Source: an uncultured Haloferula sp.
GTDB taxonomy: Bacteria > Verrucomicrobiota > Verrucomicrobiia > Verrucomicrobiales > Akkermansiaceae
Assembly (NCBI GenBank): GCA_965652295.1
Contig: CBFGTS010000013.1
Coordinates: forward strand, 1 to 64,000
Reading direction: 5' to 3'
Length of the DNA: 64,000 nt
Shown here: positions 47,903-57,900 of the stretch, one piece after another
How positions within the stretch are numbered: the stretch's first letter is position 1
Layout of the letters: each line of letters starts with the position of its first letter
Notes under the pieces: model-generated
What the model was told of the DNA's origin: nothing
The model's database searches: none
The model's input: only the letters and a program-made list of their open reading frames with translations
Position numbers and translations under genes: made by a program

Positions 47903-48397
47903 TCAAAGCTCCGTCATGCCGGAGCACTCCACACCGATCATCTTCGGCGGAACCGCGAACAACAACCTGCCCCGCCCCGCCGGGAGGGCGACCTCCAGTC
48001 CGACGAGCGAGCCCTTCTTCACCTCCACCGATCCCGTCGGAGCTCCCAGCAGCCACTCGGTCAGCGTCGAAAAATCCGGTTCGTGCCCGACGATCATCAC
48101 CCGTCCGAACTCCGAGAAGCCTCGTAGTTCATCCAGCGCGGTTTCCGGATTCATACCGCAATCGAGCCACCGCTGGAACATCGGCTCCGCTAGACCCGCC
48201 TTCGCACAAAAATGCTCGGCCGTTTCCCTGGCCCGGATGCGCGGACTGGAAAGCACCACCTCCGGCAACCAGCCGAGCTTCGACAGCACCGCCGCCGCAC
48301 GCCGCGCCTGGCGGATTCCCTTGTCCACCAACCGACGCTCGAAATCCGCCGGGCGGTGATCCTCCGCCTTGCCATGTCGCAACAAGATCAACTCCAT
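47903..48397 (-). CDS. sixA: Phosphohistidine phosphatase SixA
   Basis: LRHGKAE, SSPRIRARETA, VGHEP, KKGS. Confidence 0.88.
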   Translation of the reverse strand: MELILLRHGKAEDHRPADFERRLVDKGIRQARRAAAVLSKLGWLPEVVLSSPRIRARETAEHFCAKAGLAEPMFQRWLDCGMNPETALDELRGFSEFGRVMIVGHEPDFSTLTEWLLGAPTGSVEVKKGSLVGLEVALPAGRGRLLFAVPPKMIGVECSGMTEL

Positions 48398-48405
48398 GCC
48401 GGAGC

Positions 48406-49155
48406 CTACTGCATCGTCATCCCGCCATCCACCGCGATCACCTGACCGGTGATGTAGCGCGCGCCGGGACCGGCGAGGAACACGACCAGGTTCGTGACAT
48501 CATCGACGTTGCCGAGACACCCCAGCGGGATTCTCGTCTGGATCTCGGCCTTCACGTTCTCCGGCAGGACATCGGTCATGTCGGTGGTGATGAATCCCGG
48601 GGCGACCGCGTTGCAGGTCACACCCTTGCCCGAGAGTTCACGCGCGATCGATTTGCTGAAACCGATCAGCCCCGCCTTGCTCGCCGCGTAGTTCGCCTGG
48701 CCGGCGTTGCCCATCAGACCGATGACCGAGGCGATGTTGATGATCCGTCCCTGATCGGACTTCATGATCGGCCGCATGAATGCCTTCACCGTGTTGAAAG
48801 CGCCTTTCAAATTCGTGTCGAGCACCGTCATCCAATCCTCTTCCTTCATTCGCATCAGCAGCCCGTCGCGGGTCACACCGGCGTTGTTCACCAGAATGTC
48901 CACCGCTCCGAAATCCGCCGCGACCTGCTTGCCCAGGGCCTGCACCGCCTCGTGATCGGCCACGTCCACCGCGTAGGCCTTGGCCGCTCCGGGAAACTCC
49001 GCGTTGATCGCATCCGCCGTGGCCCCGCAGCTCGATTCACTGCGGCTCACCACCGCCACCTTCGCGCCCCGCGAGGCCAGAGCCTTGGCGATGGCTCCAC
49101 CAATTCCCCGGCCACCGCCGGTCACCACTGCGACTTTGCCTTCAAAGGATTGCAT
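48406..49155 (-). CDS. fabG: 3-oxoacyl-ACP reductase
   Basis: TGGGRGIG, NNAGVTRD, GNAGQANYAASKAG, VDGGM. Confidence 0.95.
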   Translation of the reverse strand: MQSFEGKVAVVTGGGRGIGGAIAKALASRGAKVAVVSRSESSCGATADAINAEFPGAAKAYAVDVADHEAVQALGKQVAADFGAVDILVNNAGVTRDGLLMRMKEEDWMTVLDTNLKGAFNTVKAFMRPIMKSDQGRIINIASVIGLMGNAGQANYAASKAGLIGFSKSIARELSGKGVTCNAVAPGFITTDMTDVLPENVKAEIQTRIPLGCLGNVDDVTNLVVFLAGPGARYITGQVIAVDGGMTMQ

Positions 49156-49334
49156 GCCGCGGAGGCTGCCCACCCCGGCGGTCGGCTGCAAAGGCAAAAT
49201 GGCCCTCGGCCCGGCGGGGTCTCGGCAGCCCCGCCTCCGATTCCTCCGGCACCTCTCCCCGCCCCCAAACGGCGGCCGCGTCAGCCGACCCTGATTCCGC
49301 TTGGCCTTCGTTTCTCTCCGGCTAGCTTCCCCGC

Positions 49335-50405
49335 ATGTCGTCCCCGAAACTCTTCGCACCCGGTCCCATCGACGTCTCGCCCGAAACCTACGCGGCCATG
49401 TCCCGCACCATGATCGGTCACCGCGGCAAGGACTTTGAAGAACTCTATGCCTCGCTGCAGCCCGGCCTGCAGGAGATCTTCGGCACCACCCGCCCGGTCT
49501 TCGTTTCCACCTCCTCCGCCTGGGGCGTGATGGAGGGCGCGCTGCGCAACCTCGTCCGTGAAAAGGTCCTCTGCCTCTGCTGCGGCGCGTTTTCCGACAA
49601 ATGGTTCAGCGTCGCCAAAAGCATGGGCTACCAGGCCGACAAGGTTCAGGTCGAATGGGGCGAGGCCATCAATCCCGAGGTCGTCCGCGCCAAGCTTGAG
49701 GAAGGCGGTTTCGACACCGTCACCTTCATCCACTCCGAGACCTCCACCGGCGTCCTCAACGACCTTCCCGCCATCGCCAAGGTCGTCAAATCCTTCCCCG
49801 ACACGATGTTCATCGTCGATACCGTGTCGTCGCTTTCTACAGTTCCGGTGGATTTCGATGCCAACCAGATCGACGTGATGATCGCCGGCGTCCAGAAGGC
49901 TCTCGCCCTCCCGCCCGGCCTCGCCGTCTTCGCCGTTTCGGAAGCCGCCATGGAGCGCGCCGCCACCACCCCGAACCGCGGTTACTACTTCGATTTCATC
50001 GAGTTCGCCAAGAACGCGGAGAAGAACAACACGCCCTCCACACCGGCCATTTCCACACTCTTCGGCCTGCAATACATCCTCGGCAAGATCGCCGACGAAG
50101 GCTTGGAGAACCGCTTCGCCCGCCACGCCCGGACCAATGCGATGATCCATGAATGGGGAGCGCGCCACGGCTTCCTCATCTTCTCCCAGCAAGGCCACCA
50201 ATCCCAGGCGCTCACCTGCTTCACCACTCCGGAAAATTTCGACCTCTCCGGTTTCATCAAGGCCCTCAAGGAGAAGCATGGATTCCTCATCAACGGTGGC
50301 TACGGCAAGATCAAGGGCCTCACCTTCCGCATCTCCAACATGGGCAACGAAACCGAAGCCACCATGCAGGAACTCATTGATGCGATGGACGACGTCCTCG
50401 CCTAG
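49335..50405 (+). CDS. Class V aminotransferase (alanine-glyoxylate/serine-pyruvate/phosphoserine family)
   Basis: PGP, HR, HSETSTG, DTVSS, QKALALPPG, FRISNMG. Confidence 0.88.
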   Translation: MSSPKLFAPGPIDVSPETYAAMSRTMIGHRGKDFEELYASLQPGLQEIFGTTRPVFVSTSSAWGVMEGALRNLVREKVLCLCCGAFSDKWFSVAKSMGYQADKVQVEWGEAINPEVVRAKLEEGGFDTVTFIHSETSTGVLNDLPAIAKVVKSFPDTMFIVDTVSSLSTVPVDFDANQIDVMIAGVQKALALPPGLAVFAVSEAAMERAATTPNRGYYFDFIEFAKNAEKNNTPSTPAISTLFGLQYILGKIADEGLENRFARHARTNAMIHEWGARHGFLIFSQQGHQSQALTCFTTPENFDLSGFIKALKEKHGFLINGGYGKIKGLTFRISNMGNETEATMQELIDAMDDVLA

Positions 50406-50440
50406 GAACCGACACGTTCCTGCACCACCCGCCTTCCTTC

Positions 50441-50476
50441 AAAAAGCCGCCCCGGAATCCCGTGGGCGGCTTTTTT
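50441..50476 (+). terminator. Bidirectional-type intrinsic terminator
   Basis: AAAAAGCCGCCC...GGGCGGCTTTTTT. Confidence 0.8.
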
Positions 50477-50553
50477 GCGCCCGCTTCCCCCGGCAGTCGG
50501 GAAATGCATTTCCGCGAAATGACCCGCCCTTCCCCGCCGTATGGGAGATTTCC

Positions 50554-51258
50554 ATGAAACCCGTATCAACCCCGCTCGCCCTTGTTCTCATCGCCACGTC
50601 CGCCCTTGCGGCCGATCCCAACACGCTGACCCCTGAGGAAAAGCGCGAAGGCTTCAAGCTCCTGTTCGACGGCGAGTCGCTCGACGGCTGGCGCACCTAC
50701 AAGGAAGAGGAACCCCGCCCCCAGTGGAAGGTCATCGACGGTGCCATCACCCTCACCGAAGGCGGCGGCGGCGACCTGATCACCGAGAAGCAATTCGGTG
50801 ACTTCGACTTCCGCTGCGAGTGGAAGATCGTGGAAGGAGGAAACTCCGGGATCATCTGGCGCTCCACCGAGGAACACAACGCACCCTGGGTCAGCGGGCC
50901 GGAATACCAGATCCTCGATTCGTTCGCTGGCCCCCAACACAAGTATCCGCACGAGATCGACGCCAAGAACCTCGCCGGCGGCCTCTACGGCATCATGACC
51001 GGCAAGCCCGAGTGGTCGAAGCCCGCAGGCCAGTGGAACGAGTCCCGCCTGGTCATCGATGGCAGCAAGATCACACTCTACCTGAACGGCAACGTGACCG
51101 CGGACGTCGATTCCACCACCGACGAATACAAGGAACTCCTCTCCAAGTCGAAATTCGCCGGTTGGGAGCACTTCAACGCCGCGGACAAAGGACACATCGC
51201 CCTCCAGGACCACGGCGACAAAGTTTCCTTCCGCACGATCCGGATCAAGAAGCTCTGA
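50554..51258 (+). CDS. DUF1080 (3-keto-disaccharide hydrolase family) secreted protein
   Basis: LFDGESLDGW, NSG, EYQILD, GQWN, GHIALQDHG..V.FR.I.IK. Confidence 0.9.
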   Translation: MKPVSTPLALVLIATSALAADPNTLTPEEKREGFKLLFDGESLDGWRTYKEEEPRPQWKVIDGAITLTEGGGGDLITEKQFGDFDFRCEWKIVEGGNSGIIWRSTEEHNAPWVSGPEYQILDSFAGPQHKYPHEIDAKNLAGGLYGIMTGKPEWSKPAGQWNESRLVIDGSKITLYLNGNVTADVDSTTDEYKELLSKSKFAGWEHFNAADKGHIALQDHGDKVSFRTIRIKKL

Positions 51259-51325
51259 ATCTCCATCAGCTGCCTGCCTTCACAGCTTGATCCAGCTTCT
51301 TGCTCCACCGGAATGCGGCGGAGAC

Positions 51326-51359
51326 GGAGATCACGGTTGCTTCCCCCTCCGTGATCTCC
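51326..51359. terminator. Hairpin between the convergent DUF1080 and pepP genes
   Basis: GGAGATCACGG...CCGTGATCTCC, 11-bp stem. Confidence 0.55.
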
Positions 51360-52649
51360 TCAAGCGTTCATCAGTTCCTCGATCTCTTCGGCTTCGATCG
51401 GGATGTTTGCCATGAGATCGCGATTGCCCTCCGCTTCGATGAGCACGTCGTTCTCCAGCCGGACGCCCAGATTCTCCTCACGGATGTAGATCCCGGGCTC
51501 GATCGTGAACACCATGCCCTCCGCGAAGGGCTCGTGCGGCGGACAGACGTCGTGGACATCGAGCCCGAGGTGGTGGGAAGTACCGTGCATGAAGTACTTC
51601 TTCACCAGCGGCTTGTCCGGCCCCTGCTCCTTCGCCTCGCTGGCGGAAATGAGACCCAGATTGACGAGTTCCGCCTCCATCAGTTCGATGACCTGCTTCT
51701 GGTATTCCATCGGCGTGTTTCCCGGCCGCAGGATCTCGTTGGCCCCGCGGAACACCCGCAACACCGAGTCGTAAACCTCCCGCTGCCGCGCCGTGAACCG
51801 GCCGTTCACCGGCACCGAGCGCGTCAGGTCGGAGTTCCATCCACCATACTCCGCGGCCACGTCCATCAGGACGATCTCGCCATCCTGACAAACCTTGTCG
51901 TTCTCCAGATAGTGGAGCACGCAGGCGTTCTTGCCCGTGCCGATGATCGGATTGTAGGCGAACCCACGCGATCCGCGGCGCACGAACTCGTGCAGCAGCT
52001 CCGCCTCGATCTCCCACTCGCCCACGCCCGGCTTGATGAAGCCCAGCACCCGGCGGAATCCCGCTTCGGTGATGTCGCAAGCTTTCTGGATGTAGCGGAT
52101 TTCCTCCGGGTCCTTGTTGATCCGCAGCCGGTGCATCAGGGGTGCCAGGCGCTCGTAGTGGTGGAGAGGATAACGCGATTGGCAGCGCTTGATGAAACGG
52201 TCGTTCGCCGTTTCCACCACCACATCCGCCCGCAAATGCTCGTTGGTCGTCAGGTAGATGTGATCCGCCTGAGGGACCAGCCGATGCAGCCACCCATCGA
52301 AGGCCGAGGTCCATTCCACCCGCTCGATTCCGGTCGCCGCCCGCGCGTCGTCCTTGCCCAGCTTTTCTCCATCCCAGATCGCGATGTGCTCGCTGGTTTC
52401 CTTCACGAAAAGGATTTCTCGCTCCTTGGGGTCGACCGCATCCGGCATCATCACCAGCACGGTCTCCTCCTGGTTCACGCCGGTCAGGTAATACAGGTCC
52501 GCGTTCTGTTTCAGCAGCAGCGTGCCATCCGCATTGGTCGGCAGGATGTCGTTGGCCAGCACGATCACGATGCTGTTCGGCTTCAGCAGTGAGCGGAGGC
52601 GCGTGCGGTTGCGGATGAAGAACTGGGGATCGATCGGGTCGTAGCGCAT
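51360..52649 (-). CDS. pepP: Xaa-Pro aminopeptidase
   Basis: LHY, DVAAEY..SDLTR, HGTSHHLGLDVHD, TIEPGIY, GVRLENDV. Confidence 0.92.
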   Translation of the reverse strand: MRYDPIDPQFFIRNRTRLRSLLKPNSIVIVLANDILPTNADGTLLLKQNADLYYLTGVNQEETVLVMMPDAVDPKEREILFVKETSEHIAIWDGEKLGKDDARAATGIERVEWTSAFDGWLHRLVPQADHIYLTTNEHLRADVVVETANDRFIKRCQSRYPLHHYERLAPLMHRLRINKDPEEIRYIQKACDITEAGFRRVLGFIKPGVGEWEIEAELLHEFVRRGSRGFAYNPIIGTGKNACVLHYLENDKVCQDGEIVLMDVAAEYGGWNSDLTRSVPVNGRFTARQREVYDSVLRVFRGANEILRPGNTPMEYQKQVIELMEAELVNLGLISASEAKEQGPDKPLVKKYFMHGTSHHLGLDVHDVCPPHEPFAEGMVFTIEPGIYIREENLGVRLENDVLIEAEGNRDLMANIPIEAEEIEELMNA

Positions 52650-52678
52650 GGTGGGAAAAGGGGCGTCAAAAAGGAATA

Positions 52679-53530
52679 TCAGCCACCCCGCCAGTTCAGC
52701 TTCTGGCGGAGGGCTCCGTAAAACGACCGGCCGTCCAGCCGGACCAGGTTCAGCGATCGGGTGTCCTTGCGGATGCGAACCCGGTCGGTCGCGCCGATCT
52801 CATCGCAATCGCGGCCATCCACGGTGAAAAGCAAGGCACCTTCCTCAAGTCCGTCAGGTGCCAGTTCGATTTCGGTCGAGTCATCGATCACCAACGAGCG
52901 CTGGCTGAGCGTGTGCGGACAAATGGGGGTGATCACGAAAACGTCGGCCGCCGGGCTGATCAGCGGTCCTCCGGCGGATAGCGAGTAGGCCGTCGAGCCC
53001 GTCGGAGTCGCCACGATCAGGCCGTCCGCCCGGTAACGGTTCAGCAGGTCGCCATCCACCGTTGCCTTCATGGAAACCAGCCGTCCCGTCTGGCCCCGGG
53101 CCAGCACCGCTTCGTTGAGCGCCAGGTATTCCTTCGTCCGGCCATCGCCCCGCACCACCATCGCCGAGAGTAAGGTCCTCTTGCTCACATGAAACCGGCC
53201 CGACTTCAGAGCGTCACTGAATTCCTCCAGCTCGTCATCCGTGCAGCTCGTCAGGAAACCCAGCGTGCCGATATTCACCCCGGCGATCGGGGTTTCGGTC
53301 CCGCCCAGCGTCGCCAGCGCGTGCAGCATCGTGCCGTCGCCGCCGAGAACCACGATCACGTCGGAATTCTCTGCCAACTCCGGCCCCGCCAGACCCTCGC
53401 CTCCAACCAGCTCCGCGGTGTCCAGGTCCACCTGCGAGGCGATCCCCCTTTGCCCGAGCGCAGCAACCAAGCGTCCGTAGGCTTTGACCGCGCCGGGTTT
53501 GTGGGGATTGGCGATGATGCCGACCTTCAT
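52679..53530 (-). CDS. nadK: NAD kinase
   Basis: GGDGT, GTLGFL, LNE, DGLIVATPTGSTAYSLSAGGP. Confidence 0.95.
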   Translation of the reverse strand: MKVGIIANPHKPGAVKAYGRLVAALGQRGIASQVDLDTAELVGGEGLAGPELAENSDVIVVLGGDGTMLHALATLGGTETPIAGVNIGTLGFLTSCTDDELEEFSDALKSGRFHVSKRTLLSAMVVRGDGRTKEYLALNEAVLARGQTGRLVSMKATVDGDLLNRYRADGLIVATPTGSTAYSLSAGGPLISPAADVFVITPICPHTLSQRSLVIDDSTEIELAPDGLEEGALLFTVDGRDCDEIGATDRVRIRKDTRSLNLVRLDGRSFYGALRQKLNWRGG

Positions 53531-53630
53531 CGCTCTTGCTCTAACCGTTCATTGGGTCGGCCGCAACGCGGTTTCGCGGGGATCTTGCGCAGCGCTGCTC
53601 GACCGTCCCCGGGGAAACCGGAACGCACGA

Positions 53631-54554
53631 TCAGTGGCCCGCCAGATACCGCTCCGCTTCCAACGCCGCGGCACAACCCTGGCCGGCCGCCGTGATCGCC
53701 TGACGGTAAACGTGATCGGCCACATCGCCGGCAGCGAAAAGACCCGGGGTCTTGGTCGCCGTCGAGCCCGGGACCTGAAGGATGTAGCCGTTTTCGTCGA
53801 GATCCACCAGTCCGTCCACGAACTGGCTGTTCGGGGTGTGGCCGATCGCCACGAACACGCATTTCACCTCCAGCTCCTTCTCCGAACCATCGACCGTGCT
53901 CTGCAGCATCACGGCCCGCATTTCCCCGCTCTCATCGGTGAGGTATTGCGAAACCGTGCTGTTCCACACCGGTTCGATTTTCTCGTTGGCCAGGGCGCGC
54001 TCGGCCATGATTTTCGAAGCACGCAGCTCGTCTCGGCGGTGGATGAGATACACCTTGCTGGCGAAGCGGGTCAGGAAATCCGCCTCCTCGCAGGCGCTGT
54101 CTCCGCCACCGATCACGCACACCGGCACGTCGCGGTAAAAGGCGCCATCGCAGGTCGCGCAGGAGGTCAATCCGTGGCCGATGAGCTTCTCCTCGCCTTC
54201 GAGTCCCAGGTGGCGCGGCGCGGCCCCGGTGGCAATGATCACGGTCTTGGCTTCGAGGGTTTTCTCGGAGGTCTTCACCTCGAAGTGGCCGTCCGGGTGC
54301 TTCACCAGCGACTCGACCTTCGCAAACTCGATGCGCGTGCCGAATTTTTCCGCCTGCTGCTGCATGTTCATCATCAGCTGCGGGCCCATGATGCCGTCGG
54401 GGAAACCGGGGAAATTCTCGACCTCGGTGGTCGTCGTCAACTGGCCGCCCGGCTGGGTGCCGGTGAGCATGAGGGGCTCCAGATTGGCGCGTGCGGTGTA
54501 GATTGCCGCCGTGTAGCCCGCGCAGCCGGTTCCGATGATGATGACGTTTTCCAT
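53631..54554 (-). CDS. trxB: Thioredoxin-disulfide reductase
   Basis: GGQLTTT, VENFPGF, CATCDG, GGGDSA, HRRD, QAITAAG. Confidence 0.96.
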   Translation of the reverse strand: MENVIIIGTGCAGYTAAIYTARANLEPLMLTGTQPGGQLTTTTEVENFPGFPDGIMGPQLMMNMQQQAEKFGTRIEFAKVESLVKHPDGHFEVKTSEKTLEAKTVIIATGAAPRHLGLEGEEKLIGHGLTSCATCDGAFYRDVPVCVIGGGDSACEEADFLTRFASKVYLIHRRDELRASKIMAERALANEKIEPVWNSTVSQYLTDESGEMRAVMLQSTVDGSEKELEVKCVFVAIGHTPNSQFVDGLVDLDENGYILQVPGSTATKTPGLFAAGDVADHVYRQAITAAGQGCAAALEAERYLAGH

Positions 54555-54671
54555 GAAGTCTGTGAGTCGTTGGCGCGCGGAGTATTCCGGCGGAAAACCG
54601 CGCGGGTCAACCCCCGGCCGCTGCACCGCGTGCTTTGTGTGGAGGTGAAGAGAAGCAGGCGAAACCTGTCA

Positions 54672-54803
54672 GTGGCATGATCGCGTGCCCCGACAAGTCG
54701 GCGGTCCCGATCATGAACGCGGATGCCGCTGGCATCTCAGGAGATCGAGAGTGGGAGGCGTGGTTCGTGCCTTCTCTTTTCATGATCGAGACGATCATGC
54801 CAC
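54672..54803. repeat. REPIN-like inverted REP pair (variant stem; left copy has a 21-nt insertion)
   Basis: GTGGCATGATCG[21 nt]TCCCGATCATGAA at 54672-54717; TTCATGATCGAGACGATCATGCCAC at 54779-54803. Confidence 0.85.
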
Positions 54804-54861
54804 TGGCAGGGGGGCAGAGGCTCCATTTGAAATGGCAGCAGGGATGGACTCCAAAAATGTG

Positions 54862-54904
54862 GGGGCGGTGGCGGGCTCCACTCGGATACCTCGCCACCGC
54901 CCCC
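54862..54904 (-). terminator. Hairpin downstream of smc
   Basis: GGGGCGGTGGCG...CGCCACCGCCCC, followed by ACATTTTT on the - strand. Confidence 0.6.
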
Positions 54905-54930
54905 GTCCCTCTCCTGTCTAGGAAATCAAA

Positions 54931-57900
54931 TCAGGCATCGAGCCTCAGTGCGGCTTTCTGCGCGGCGCTCTTGGCCTCGCCCTTCGGTGCGTTTTCGTCG
55001 CTCGCCGTGAGGCGCATGCCGACCGGCTTGGAAATGCCGAACTCCTCCATCGTGACGCCATACATCACGTCCGCGCGGCTCATGGTGCGCTTGGAGTGGG
55101 TCACGATGATGAACTGCGAGTTGTTGACGAAGCGATCGAGCACCTTGACGAAGCGGCCGATGTTCGACTCGTCGAGCGGCGCGTCGAGCTCGTCGAGCAC
55201 GCAGAACGGGCTGGGCTTGATCATGTAGATCGAGAACAGCAGCGCCACGGCGGTCATCGAGCGCTCGCCCCCGGAAAGCAGGGTGATCGATTGCAGCTTC
55301 TTTCCCGGCGGCTTGGCGATGACCTCGATGCCCGATTCCAGCGGGTCGCTCTCATCGACCAGGTGCAGGTCCGCCTTGCCCTGTTCGCCGAAGAGTTCCT
55401 TGAACATGTCGCGGAAGTTCTCCTTCACCTTGGCGAAGGTTTCGCTGAAGCGGCGCTGCGTCTCCTCGTTGATCTTCTCGATCACCTGCAGCAGCTCCTC
55501 CTTCGAGTTCACGAGGTCCTCGTAGCTACTACGGACATCGTTGTGACGCTGCTCGAGTTCGTCGTATTCCTCGATCGCGTCGAGATTGACCGGGCCCATC
55601 GAATCGAGCCGGCGCTTGAGATCGCCCACGCAGGCCTCGACGAAATCCCAGTCGGGCTCGCCTTCCATCATCGGCGGCAGCTCGATCTCATCGTCGCCCG
55701 TGCCATCGACCACGGTCACGGCGGGCTCGTCGGATTCCTCGCCATCCTCCCCCGCCTCGACCACCGTCATGCGGCCACGACCGTTGTTCTTCTGCGAGGC
55801 GATGCAGGTCAGCAGCGCGTGAGCGTCCGGTTCGAAGCTGGCCAGCTCGATGTTGTGGCGCTCAAGAATGGCATTCACCAAAGCCTCGATGCGCAGCTCG
55901 ATCTTGGTGAGGGCGACCTCCTCGCGCCCGCGTTGTTCGGCGGCCCGCGAGTGGCCTTTGCGGACCTCGGACAGCTCTCGCTCGGCGATATCGATGGTTT
56001 CCAGCAGCTCGTTGCGCTGGCCCATGCGCTCCTGGATGTCGGCCTCCAGATCCTCCGCCTCGCAGCGGTGCTGCTCCAGCTCTTCGGCCAGTGCGGCGTT
56101 CTCGCCGGTGGCGGCTTCGATCCGCTGCATGAAGGCACCGATTTCCGTCTCGCGGCGGACGGCGATTTCCCGCAGCTCGGAAAGCCGGGCTTCCATCGGC
56201 TGCTGCTGGGCTTCCTGGGCCTCCTTGGCGCGGCGCTCGACGGCAATCGAGGTGCGCATCTCATTGAGCGCCTCGGCCAGTTCGGCTTCGTCGCGACGGG
56301 CGTCCTCCAACTCCCCGTTGAGGCGGGATTGATCGCTCTCGCAGGCGTGCAACCGGTCGCGGGCGGAAACCAGTTCGGCCTCCATCGAGCCCCGGCTTTC
56401 CTGGGTGGCGGCCTCGCGCTGGTCGAGATCGCCCCGCTCCCAGCGGACGTTCTCCAGTTTCGTCTCGACCGCCTCGACCTCGCGCACGGCGAGCGAGCGC
56501 TGGCCTTCGAGTGTGGAAAGCTCGACCTTGTGACGCTGCAAGCGGTCACGGGCCGTTTCATGCTCTTCCTGCAAGCGGCTCAGCTCGCCTTCGAGATGCT
56601 CGACGCGGGACTTGGCCTGGGCTTCCGCCTCGGTCAGCGCGGCGACTTCCGACTCCAAATCGCGGACCTCGTTTTGACGCTCCAGCACGGACACCGAGCC
56701 GTCGCCCGCGGTGCCACCGGAGACGACCCCTTCGGCGCCGACCCATTCACCCGCAAGCGTGGCCATGGAAACACCGGGCAAATCCTTGCGCAGCCTCAGG
56801 CCGGTGGCGAGGTCGGGCACGACGAGCACGCGCTCAAGCAGCCGCTCGACCACGCTGCGAACCTTGTCGTCGATCTTCACCCGGTCCAGCGCCCAGGCGA
56901 TCGCACCGGTCGGCACGGTCTCCATCTGGGTGCCGCTGGAGGCGGAAACAAATTCGCGCGGCAGGACCTTCGCCTGGCCGAGTTTCTTCTCGGTCAGGCG
57001 GGAAATGACGGCTTCAGCCAGCGCGGCGTCTTCGACCAGCACCGCTTGCAGATGCCCGCCGAGGGCGGCCTCGATGGCCCGGGCGCACTCCTTGTCGGCA
57101 TCGATGAAGCCGGCCAGCACGCCATGGATCCCGGCGGAGAAACGATCCGGTTCGCCGAGCCCTTCCAGCACCTTGCGGGTGCCTTTTTCAAAGCCCTCGC
57201 CGCTGGCGACGAGCTGGCGCAGCACGTCCAGACGCGATGACCGCTGGGCGAGCGTCTTGTGCGCCTCGGCGGCAGCGGTGCGGGCCGCATCGAGGTCGCC
57301 GCGGGCATGCTGGAACTGACGTTCGGCCTTCTGCAGGGCTTCCTCGATCTCGCCGGTGCGGCGATTGTGCTCGTCCAGCTCGGAGAGGATCTGGTCGCGC
57401 TGCATCACCATTTCCTCCATCTCGTTCTGGAGGCGCTGTTCCTCATCAGCGAGCTGGCGCGCGCGTTCGCGGCTGGTTTCGAGCTGGGCCAACGAGCTTT
57501 CGATCTTCGCCTGCATCGCGGCGATCACCGTCTGCGTTCGGTTGGCCTCAGCGCGGGACTCGCGCTGCTGGTTTTCCAGTGTTTCCCGACGGGCGCGGGC
57601 CCCGGCGGTCCGCTCTTCCTGATTGGAAAGGGCGATCTCCATTTCCGCGATCCGGCGGGCCAAGGCCTCCAACGCCTCGTTGGCCGCCACCACGTCGAAC
57701 TCCTGCTGGGCGAGCTTTTCGCGGGTCGCCTCGATCTCGGCCTTGTTCTGCTCGATCCGGCCCTCCAGCTCGGCGCGGCGTTCCTGATTGAAGGCGATCC
57801 GACCTTCGGCGCTGGCCAGTGCATTGCGGTGCTCGTTGAGCTCCTGCCGACGCTCGGCGAGCTGGCCTTCGAAATTCCTCGCCGCTTCGCGCGCCTCGGC

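Noticed and set aside
55096..57240. Long antisense and alternate-frame ORFs (714 aa here; also 9966-11495, 6538-8091, 30785-32371 and others)
   Set aside because: Shadow ORFs of high-GC3 genes on the opposite strand or frame; no independent motifs
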